From: Bacteroidales bacterium
Lineage (GTDB): Bacteria > Bacteroidota > Bacteroidia > Bacteroidales > VadinHA17
DNA length: 64,000 bases
Direction: 5' to 3'
Assembly: GCA_034005245.1 (NCBI GenBank)
Contig: JAVEVC010000008.1
Span: 10,917-74,916 of the forward strand
The position numbers and the translations under genes were made by a program. Positions 10,757 to 20,558 of this stretch are shown in pieces. Numbering within the stretch: position 1 is the stretch's first letter; every line of letters begins with the position of its first letter. The notes under the pieces were generated by a model. That model was not told the origin of the DNA. It worked only from the letters and a program-made list of their open reading frames with translations, and did no database searches.

Positions 10757-10801
10757 TGTGCAAACCTAACAGTTTTTTAATTATTCAGGCATCTTGGACA
10801 A

Positions 10802-12814
<2,013 letters not shown>

Positions 12815-12851
12815 CTATTAAGATATTTTTGATGGCTTTTTCAGGATCAGG

Positions 12852-14015
12852 TCAACTCCAAACACCTTCTATCGGGGTCCCGCAAAAAGGACATTTCTTA
12901 TTTTTCACAGCATTTGATACAATCCTGTATCCCTGCCTTACGATTAGTTTTTCTCTGCAGGATGGACAAATGGTGTCAGATAGTTCATTCCCAGGTGCGT
13001 TCCCTGTATATGTATATACCAATCCTTCTTCGGATGCAATTTTTGCAGCTTTTTCCAGTGTGGCTATAGGGGTGGGTGGTAGCTGTTCGAGTTTGTATGT
13101 TGGGTAAAACCTGCTAAAATGAATAGGTGTTTTTTCAAATCCATTGGAGCTCAGCCATTTGCACATTTGCCTTATTTCTGTCAAATTATCGGTCCATGTC
13201 GGGATTACAAGATTTGTTATTTCCAGCCATACTCCCATTTCCCTGTAGGTTTTTAGTGACTCAAGCACCGGTTGAAGTTCTCCTCCTGAAAGTTTAAGGT
13301 AGGTGGTTTCAGAAAATGATTTCAGATCTATATTTGCTGCGTCAATTACCGTGCATAGCTTTTTTAAAGGTTCCCTGTTTATATATCCATTCGATTTAAT
13401 TATGTTTTTGATTCCGGCTTTTCTTGCCAATAAAGCTGTATCATAAACATATTCATAGAATGTAACAGGCTCGGAATATGTATAGGCGATAGATTTGCAA
13501 CCCTGCCTGATACATTCCTCCACCACTTTTTCGGGCATTAGCTGGTAGTTCCTGGTCTTGTCTGGACTTGTCTGGGAAATGGTCCAGTTTTGGCAATTGA
13601 GACAAACAAGATTACAGCCAGCCGTTGCGATTGAAAATGCCCTTGTTCCGGGAAGGAAATGATAGAATGGTTTCTTTTCCATTGGATCTATATTGACGGA
13701 ACAGGGATTGCCGTAGGCAAGGGTATAAAGCTTTGACTTATATACTTTCCTGTTATTACATTCGCTAAGTTCCCCTTCCTTCAGAACACATTCATTTGGG
13801 CAGATCCTGCAAAGAATGCCTCTTGCCGTCTCTTCCTGGAACATGGCCTCTTTTTTGTATATATCACGGTTTTCCGGAACATTCCCCATAAGATATTTTG
13901 AACCGGGAATAACTATCCCCGCAGATAGTGCAAGACATTTTTTCAGAAATTCACGTTTCCTCAAGTTAAAATTCTCTTCTTCCATTTCTTTGGGATAAGA
14001 CTCAAAATTAATCAA
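12852..14015 (-). CDS. amrS: AmmeMemoRadiSam system radical SAM enzyme with an N-terminal Tat-like extension
   Basis: CNLVCLNCQNW is the CxxxCxxC radical SAM cluster motif. It also has the N-terminal CRICPNEC Cys motif and the C-terminal CPSC...CPFCG ribbon typical of this family. The first ~50 aa are an extension containing LRKREFLKKCLALSAGIVIPG. The start may instead be Met11 (13985). Confidence 0.85.
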   Translation of the reverse strand: MINFESYPKEMEEENFNLRKREFLKKCLALSAGIVIPGSKYLMGNVPENRDIYKKEAMFQEETARGILCRICPNECVLKEGELSECNNRKVYKSKLYTLAYGNPCSVNIDPMEKKPFYHFLPGTRAFSIATAGCNLVCLNCQNWTISQTSPDKTRNYQLMPEKVVEECIRQGCKSIAYTYSEPVTFYEYVYDTALLARKAGIKNIIKSNGYINREPLKKLCTVIDAANIDLKSFSETTYLKLSGGELQPVLESLKTYREMGVWLEITNLVIPTWTDNLTEIRQMCKWLSSNGFEKTPIHFSRFYPTYKLEQLPPTPIATLEKAAKIASEEGLVYTYTGNAPGNELSDTICPSCREKLIVRQGYRIVSNAVKNKKCPFCGTPIEGVWS

Positions 14016-16456
14016 AAGTTCCGTTTGTTCCCAATACTGGACGCCATAGCAATAACTACCAATAATATAGTTAAATATAAAGAATAGCTGATTCCAAGAA
14101 ACGGTACCGCCAGCCCTGAAAAAAGTATAAATCCCAATGCAGATCCGGCCAGATCGGCAGTGTATACGCCTGAAACATGAGATTTACTTATGTCAGGTCT
14201 TGTTAAATCACGGAATAGCGAGCCGGTCATGAAAGCCGGGATGAAAGTGGCGATTGATAATATACCTGTTACAACCAAAAGATTGTTCAAGCCGAGAAAC
14301 TTATTTGCCATTACTCCTGTTAAAGCATAGAAGCCGGTTAATATCAGGATTTTCATATTCTTTCCTTGATTAAGAGGACCTTCTCTCCTGATTCCTGACC
14401 CGGCGGCAAGTCCAGCCATAAGGCTTGCAATTATAAGACCGGTAAGCTGATACATGTTCCCGATTGTCAGTTGAAGCATAAAAAGAACTATTATTTCAAA
14501 TCCCGCCAGGGCAGAAGCGGTGAAATACATGATTCTTCCATCCCTTGTTATCAGTAAGGCAGGTATTGCAAAAACTGCAAGCAGGATCAACAATGCCAGA
14601 GTGGTGTTCTTAAGGTTCTTGCTCAGGCTGAAAGCCTGATAATAAAAGCATGCAACCGGTACTGCTGCGCGGTTTTGCCTGATGTTTTCATTCATAAGAT
14701 CCCTGACCTGAGCCGTTCGCGCTGCAACAAGATCATCGGCAAAATAATCTGAGTTAACATACAGGTTGTCGATCTTTTTTTCTGATGTCATTGACCCGAA
14801 CGAAGTGTTTATTTCTTGGTCGGAAGCAATGAAGTACAATTTTGTTCCGGCTATCGGTGTAACATACCTGAATACCTCAGACAGGCTATTATAGACTGAA
14901 GAAAACAATTTTACAGATTCTTCATTGAAATAGTTGGGATTAATTCCTGCACTGCATGAAAAAACAGCATTGTCCTTCAATATTTTTTTTAAGGCAATAA
15001 AAAAATCCAGGGTATAAAACCTGTTCAGGCTGAGTGAAGAAGGAGGCGGGAGCAGGAGAATTACCACATCAAATTGTATGTCGGTTTTCCGGATATAACT
15101 GAATGCGTCATCGTTCTCTATAATAAGGTCGCCAGATTCTGACGGCAAGGATGCTTTTTGCATTCTGCTAAGCTCAGGATCTCTTTCTACGTAAACAATC
15201 CTGCTGGTTCGATATTTCTTTATTTCAGGGATCAGTGAGTTTATTGCTCCTGATATTATTAAAATGTTTTCCGGGCTATTGCTCTGAAGCATCGCAAAGT
15301 GAATATCTTCTTCTCTTTCGGCAATATCTTCGTTGTATTTCAGAAGTCTTTGATTATAGTAAATGCTTTTTTCTCCATCGTATTCAGCTATTGTCACATT
15401 ACCGTAAGGCGTTTCCTCTGACGATGTTACATGTAATCCATGAAGCAGGATACTCCTGAAAATCCTGTCTGGGCTGCCAATAATGATCAGGCTTGTAATG
15501 AGAATGATGAAGATTTTAAAAACAAATCTCATTTTGACATTATTCAACCTGAAGCTTAGGAAATAATATGATATCCCGGTTATTATAATCAGAAGAATCG
15601 TCTGGTATGAATTCAGTAACCCTGCAGCCAGTATGGAAATCAATAGCCCGGCAACAATACCGCCAGCGGTCTCGATTGAAAAAGATTTCCCAGGCAGGTA
15701 ACCTTTAGATCTTCCTGTTGACTCAACAAGCTTGACAAAAGTAAAACCCGAAGCAGCACAGAAAGGAAATAGCACCAGGAGGGAAAGGATCAGGCTTGAA
15801 ATGAACGAAGGCGTTTCTCCCGGGTTTAACCATAAGCATGAAAGCAGGAATAGAAGAGCCAGAGTAACCAGCGGACTAAGCGCAAATATCAGGTTGATCT
15901 TTCCTGCATCGTTAAGTGAGGATTTAGCTGCAAGTGCTGAACCGCTGGCCGAAGCAATCAGCCATGTGCCCAGGAAAGTACCTGCAATAAGTTCATATCC
16001 CCCTGAAATATTCATAAGTTCCTTTAGAAGCAGAAGCTGAAATGAGGAACTAATGAATCCCAGTACAAAAAGATTTAAAGCAGGATCCGGACCCTTGCCT
16101 GTTTCGCGGTAGATTGTTACCCTATTGCCCGAACTACTTAGAAGCTCACTCTTTCCGAGAAAGCTCCTGAAATATGACAGGTGCCAGGAAAAATGAAATA
16201 TTCCGGCAAATGCCAGCCCTATCCCAAATTCCACATGCCATTTTAGTATCTGTTTAACAGAAGGTATATCCCATTTGTAGGTTATCTGGAGAGCAAGGCA
16301 TACTCCAGCCAGGGCTGTAATAAAAAAAGTGACGGCAAGTACGATATTCCAGATCTTGCGGTGAAATTGGATTGAATAAATGCCATAACGGCAGAAAAAG
16401 AGACTTATCAGGTAAAATACTATCCCGGTAAGGCCAGATCCAATAACATGATACAT
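14012..16456 (-). CDS. Polytopic membrane protein with a central spermidine-synthase-like (class I MTase fold) domain
   Basis: 814 aa with many hydrophobic helices at residues ~1-330 and ~590-814. The central soluble region (~335-560) has spermidine-synthase-like blocks (TPYGNVTIAEYDGEKSIYYNQRLL, ILIISGAINS, VYVERDPEL, ENDDAFSYI, FDVVILLLPPPSS..FYTLDFF). Its stop overlaps the amrS start by 4 bp. Confidence 0.75.
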   Translation of the reverse strand: MYHVIGSGLTGIVFYLISLFFCRYGIYSIQFHRKIWNIVLAVTFFITALAGVCLALQITYKWDIPSVKQILKWHVEFGIGLAFAGIFHFSWHLSYFRSFLGKSELLSSSGNRVTIYRETGKGPDPALNLFVLGFISSSFQLLLLKELMNISGGYELIAGTFLGTWLIASASGSALAAKSSLNDAGKINLIFALSPLVTLALLFLLSCLWLNPGETPSFISSLILSLLVLFPFCAASGFTFVKLVESTGRSKGYLPGKSFSIETAGGIVAGLLISILAAGLLNSYQTILLIIITGISYYFLSFRLNNVKMRFVFKIFIILITSLIIIGSPDRIFRSILLHGLHVTSSEETPYGNVTIAEYDGEKSIYYNQRLLKYNEDIAEREEDIHFAMLQSNSPENILIISGAINSLIPEIKKYRTSRIVYVERDPELSRMQKASLPSESGDLIIENDDAFSYIRKTDIQFDVVILLLPPPSSLSLNRFYTLDFFIALKKILKDNAVFSCSAGINPNYFNEESVKLFSSVYNSLSEVFRYVTPIAGTKLYFIASDQEINTSFGSMTSEKKIDNLYVNSDYFADDLVAARTAQVRDLMNENIRQNRAAVPVACFYYQAFSLSKNLKNTTLALLILLAVFAIPALLITRDGRIMYFTASALAGFEIIVLFMLQLTIGNMYQLTGLIIASLMAGLAAGSGIRREGPLNQGKNMKILILTGFYALTGVMANKFLGLNNLLVVTGILSIATFIPAFMTGSLFRDLTRPDISKSHVSGVYTADLAGSALGFILFSGLAVPFLGISYSLYLTILLVVIAMASSIGNKRNF

Positions 16457-16461
16457 GCTTG

Positions 16462-17967
16462 TTATCGCTTTTCTTCAAGGACGATTCCTTCATATACAGA
16501 TATTTCTGCATCTTTCCACCCAAGCCAACCCAATCCTGCCTTGTCGCGCGAAGTATACCCGAGAAACTCTTCCAATGTCCATCCATTTTCTGTGGCAACC
16601 TGAGGCAGCATGGTTCCCGACCTGAAATCTTTTTTAATATAAATGCCATGCTTGCCTAATACAATTTCATTAATAGAATTGATTTTCTTCAGGGGTCCGA
16701 GTACAGTTATTTCAAGATCAGCATTTTCAAACTCCTCTTTTGTGAGGGGAGAAAACCTGGGATCTTCAAACGCAGATGATCTTGAAGATTCAAGTATTGC
16801 TTCATAAAGAGGATCGGATGACAAAAATCTTCCAATGCATCCCCTTAATTTCCCTTTTAACTTTAGTGTAACGAAAGCTCCCAGGGGTTCTTTGAATATG
16901 GCCGGCATTTTTTCCGGATCAGGATCTATACCCTTATTGTTATATAATATTGATTTTATATTATTCCTCGCCAGTGACAACAACTCATCCTTCTCCTTTT
17001 CTGAGAAATTGATGCTGTTCAGAGAAGCGGCTGACTTTGGTGAATTGTTACTTTTCTCCGACAGCACTATGGCATGATATCCTACAACCTCATCTTTATC
17101 CCCATATTTGGAATCTCCTGAGTTGCAGTAGTCGATGCGTTTGAATTCCAGCCTGTCATCACCTTCTGCAAGATATAGAAGGAGTAACCCGGAAGTCCAG
17201 CCGCACATGGATGTGGCAAGACCCGGGTCATTTCTCAGGGAATTGTTTCTAAGAGCGTTAAGAAACTCCGAGGGTTTACCGCTAACAATAGCATCTGCCG
17301 TAATATTGTCTACCTCCAGTGCTGTTTTATAGGAAGGATAATGAGAAAAATCACTGCTCACAACGAACAGGTTATCAGATGTATACCATGGCCTCAGGAT
17401 TTCTGCGATCTTTTTGATATTGCCGGAGTTTGTTGTGCCAAGTATAATTGGAACAATTGCGGGATTTCCTGCAAGGCGATACTGAATGAACGGTATCTGT
17501 ACCTCAAGACTATGTTCTTTTAAATGAGCGCCAGCCGGGTGCTGGAAGAGCTTGTTTTCTTTTTTGAGCCTGTCGGTTATTTCCCTGTTTACTTTTATCT
17601 TCCCCAGAGGCGTTATAAAATCACCCTCGTTATAAACAGAGGCTCCGTCGAATGCCATAATATGGCTCGATCCGATTAAGAAGACATTTTTGTATTCTAT
17701 TGAAGGATCTATGGATGAAAAAGCTGCTGCGGCAATTTTACCGGAGAATACATAGCCTGCATGAGGACTTATTAATGCTCTTACATGTGATTTTACAGTG
17801 CTCTTTTTACATTCCGAGAACAGCCTCGAAATATCTTTTTCCAATGTTTCCTTGTCGGCTGGATAAAATCTGCCTGCAACTGCAGGTCTCCTGTCAGTTG
17901 ATCCGTTCTGGGAAAATGTTTCCATACCAAAAATGATTAAAAGCAAAACCAGGCTTACCTTTCGCAT
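16462..17967 (-). CDS. Fusion of AmmeMemoRadiSam system protein B (Memo-like) and protein A (AMMECR1-like), with N-terminal signal peptide
   Basis: The N-terminal half has Memo motifs (RRPAVAGRFYP, ISPHAGYVFSG, SSDFSHY, MCG). The C-terminal half has AMMECR1 motifs (LRGCIGRF, DPRFSPL, LPQVATENGW). The N-terminus MRKVSLVLLLIIFGMETFSQ looks like a Sec signal. Confidence 0.85.
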   Translation of the reverse strand: MRKVSLVLLLIIFGMETFSQNGSTDRRPAVAGRFYPADKETLEKDISRLFSECKKSTVKSHVRALISPHAGYVFSGKIAAAAFSSIDPSIEYKNVFLIGSSHIMAFDGASVYNEGDFITPLGKIKVNREITDRLKKENKLFQHPAGAHLKEHSLEVQIPFIQYRLAGNPAIVPIILGTTNSGNIKKIAEILRPWYTSDNLFVVSSDFSHYPSYKTALEVDNITADAIVSGKPSEFLNALRNNSLRNDPGLATSMCGWTSGLLLLYLAEGDDRLEFKRIDYCNSGDSKYGDKDEVVGYHAIVLSEKSNNSPKSAASLNSINFSEKEKDELLSLARNNIKSILYNNKGIDPDPEKMPAIFKEPLGAFVTLKLKGKLRGCIGRFLSSDPLYEAILESSRSSAFEDPRFSPLTKEEFENADLEITVLGPLKKINSINEIVLGKHGIYIKKDFRSGTMLPQVATENGWTLEEFLGYTSRDKAGLGWLGWKDAEISVYEGIVLEEKR

Positions 17968-18006
17968 AACCCGATGATATAAGTTACAGTAATAAAATTA
18001 TGCTAA

Positions 18007-18031
18007 AAAATAAAAGTAAAGCTTTTATTTT
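18007..18031 (-). terminator. AT-only hairpin (10-bp stem) downstream of the DUF1987-like gene
   Basis: AAAATAAAAG-taaag-CTTTTATTTT. On the minus strand the stem runs into a T tract. The stem is all A/T, so stability is low. Confidence 0.3.
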
Positions 18032-18053
18032 AAAGAAAAAACGACAACCTTAT

Positions 18054-18506
18054 CTAAATGAAGATCATCGATTCCTTAACCACTTTCCCGTCTCCGTTAG
18101 TGCCATATATCTTTAAACCCACACTGACAGTAACATTCCCGATAACATCGATTATCGGACTGAGATCATCCTTGATATCATCAATATTATCAAAATCTTC
18201 AACAGGAAAATATACATGAAGTATAAAAATACAGTCAGGAGCCTCTATCGAACTGAGCGATTTTATTATCTTGGCCAGCCATATCGAAGATGCCGTATTA
18301 AAATACTCAAGATTTAATCTTAAATTGGTTGTTTGTCTTGGATTGCGTACATACTCGTTTGTCCATTCCAACACCGGCTCAAAAATCCGAGGAGCATTAA
18401 TTGGGATAGACCTTCCTGATAAAATCAACTCACCGCTGAGATAATTTAAATCAATAAGAGGGGTTTTGTCGGTGGCTTCAATTAGTAAATTTTTTAGCTC
18501 CTTCAT
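18054..18506 (-). CDS. DUF1987 / SiaC-like small protein
   Basis: 150 aa. The N-terminal ~115 aa follow the SiaC/DUF1987 pattern as I recall it (TDKTPLIDL..G.L.LSGRSIP.N...F.PVLEW...Y......L.L.LEYFNTASS). No partner kinase or phosphatase gene is nearby. Confidence 0.55.
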   Translation of the reverse strand: MKELKNLLIEATDKTPLIDLNYLSGELILSGRSIPINAPRIFEPVLEWTNEYVRNPRQTTNLRLNLEYFNTASSIWLAKIIKSLSSIEAPDCIFILHVYFPVEDFDNIDDIKDDLSPIIDVIGNVTVSVGLKIYGTNGDGKVVKESMIFI

Positions 18507-18710
18507 GATTGGCTCAGTTGTTGTTCAAAAACCTAATTAATTATCATATCCAAAAATATAACAACTTTTTATTTGATTGAATTTTTTTATCAAAAAGAAA
18601 TGATCAGTTGTCAAATAAATAAGTCTGTTTATAAACAATATTTGGGATAACAAATAATCATAAGCTTTTTTACAATGCACATTGCCTTATAGCAAAGATA
18701 TTAAATATAT

Positions 18711-18718
18711 TATATTTG
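18711..18718 (+). promoter_or_regulatory. -7 promoter box (TATATTTG) upstream of argS
   Basis: TAnnTTTG match 23 nt upstream of the argS ATG, within an AT-rich divergent intergenic region. Confidence 0.35.
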
Positions 18719-18740
18719 CAGGCATATTTCTAATGATGGA

Positions 18741-20531
18741 ATGGAGAATTTGTTAAAAGATAAGGTAAAGGAATCGATACGCTATTTATATAGTAGCGAG
18801 GTGACCGACGACCTGATTCAGGTTCAGGAGACAAGGAAAGATTTCCAGGGAGATTTTACCCTGGTGGTGTTTCCGCTGCTCCGCTTCTCAAAAAACACCC
18901 CTGAACAGACAGGTAGGAATATTGGCGAATATCTTGTTGATAATTCAGACTTTGTTTCCGGTTACAATGTTATCAAGGGATTTCTTAATCTTGAGATATC
19001 GGCCAGCTGGTGGAAAGAATATTTCATCAGGGCCTCTTCTGAGGGGGTAAATCTTCTTGCAGAGTGCAGTGTAAAGGATCCTCAGGTTATTCTGGTTGAA
19101 TATTCTTCGCCTAATACAAATAAACCTCTTCATCTAGGACATGTAAGAAATAACCTTCTGGGATATTCACTTTACAGGATCCTTTCGTCATGCGGCCACA
19201 AGGTTATAAAAACGAACATTGTCAACGACAGGGGTATCCATATATGCAAATCAATGCTGGCCTGGTTGAAATACGGAAAAGGCGAAACGCCTGAATCAAC
19301 CGGTATTAAGGGCGATCATCTTGTTGGGAAGTACTATGTTATCTTTGAGCAAAAACATAAAGCCCAGGTTGAAGCGCTAATGCAGGAAGGATTTGATGAA
19401 AACGAAGCCAGAAACCGGTCTTCACTCATGAAAGAAGCACGCGAAATGCTTCTAAAATGGGAAGCTGGGGATAAGGAGACTGTTGGCCTTTGGGAAAGAA
19501 TGAACTCCTGGGTTTATTCGGGATTTGATGAAACCTACCGTGCGCTGGGAGTCGACTTTGACAGGATCTATTACGAATCAGAAACATATATAGCAGGAAA
19601 AGAGATAGTTCTGGATGCACTGGAGAAGAATATAGTATACCGTAACAGTGATAACTCAGTATGGATAGATCTCTCACAGTATGAACTGGATCAGAAGCTT
19701 CTCCTGCGTTCTGACGGTACTGCCGTTTATATTACGCAGGATATTGGTACTGCAGTTAAAAGATATAAGGACTATGGATTTGACAAGACAATATATGTTG
19801 TCGGCAACGAGCAAAATTATCATTTTCAAGTTCTCAGGTCAATTCTGAAAAAGACGGGTTACCATTGGGCCGACGGATTGATACATTTTTCCTACGGAAT
19901 GGTTGAACTTCCGGAAGGAAAGATGAAATCAAGGGAGGGTACGGTTGTTGATGCTGATGATATTATCAGGGAAATGAAGAATACAGCCAGGGGATTGTCA
20001 GCTGAACTTGGAAAGCTAGGAGACTATCCGGAAGAGGAGAAAGAAGAAATATTCAGGAAAATAGGGCTTGGTGCGCTTAAGTACTTCATCCTTAAAGTGG
20101 ATCCGAAGAAAAACATGACTTTCAATCCCGCCGAGTCGATTGATTTTAATGGAAATACAGGCCCTTTTATTCAATACACCTATGCCAGGATTAAATCAGT
20201 CTTCAGGAAGGCAGACCAGATGGGAATTGTCCCGGAGCCTTCCCGGATAAGTAAAGCAGTACCTGGATCAAAAGAGATAGAATTGATCAAACTTGTCAGA
20301 AAATTTACCGGTATTGTTTCTGAAGCTGCTTCAGGATATACTCCTGCATTAATTGCAAATTATTGCTATGAATTGTCAAAGGAGTACAATCAGTTCTATC
20401 ATGATTTTACAATACTGGGAGAAAGTGATCCTAACCTCAGGGATCTGAGGCTGGAACTGTCAAATTTAATAAGCAGGATCATTTACACAGCAATGTGGTT
20501 GCTGGGCGTGGAAATGCCTGAAAGAATGTAA
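18741..20531 (+). CDS. argS: Arginine--tRNA ligase
   Basis: 596 aa. SSPNTNKPLHLGHVRN is the class I HIGH region, and the C-terminal anticodon-binding region ends in the typical ...PERM. Confidence 0.97.
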   Translation: MENLLKDKVKESIRYLYSSEVTDDLIQVQETRKDFQGDFTLVVFPLLRFSKNTPEQTGRNIGEYLVDNSDFVSGYNVIKGFLNLEISASWWKEYFIRASSEGVNLLAECSVKDPQVILVEYSSPNTNKPLHLGHVRNNLLGYSLYRILSSCGHKVIKTNIVNDRGIHICKSMLAWLKYGKGETPESTGIKGDHLVGKYYVIFEQKHKAQVEALMQEGFDENEARNRSSLMKEAREMLLKWEAGDKETVGLWERMNSWVYSGFDETYRALGVDFDRIYYESETYIAGKEIVLDALEKNIVYRNSDNSVWIDLSQYELDQKLLLRSDGTAVYITQDIGTAVKRYKDYGFDKTIYVVGNEQNYHFQVLRSILKKTGYHWADGLIHFSYGMVELPEGKMKSREGTVVDADDIIREMKNTARGLSAELGKLGDYPEEEKEEIFRKIGLGALKYFILKVDPKKNMTFNPAESIDFNGNTGPFIQYTYARIKSVFRKADQMGIVPEPSRISKAVPGSKEIELIKLVRKFTGIVSEAASGYTPALIANYCYELSKEYNQFYHDFTILGESDPNLRDLRLELSNLISRIIYTAMWLLGVEMPERM

Positions 20532-20558
20532 TTTAGAATTAACTTTATTTAATACCAG

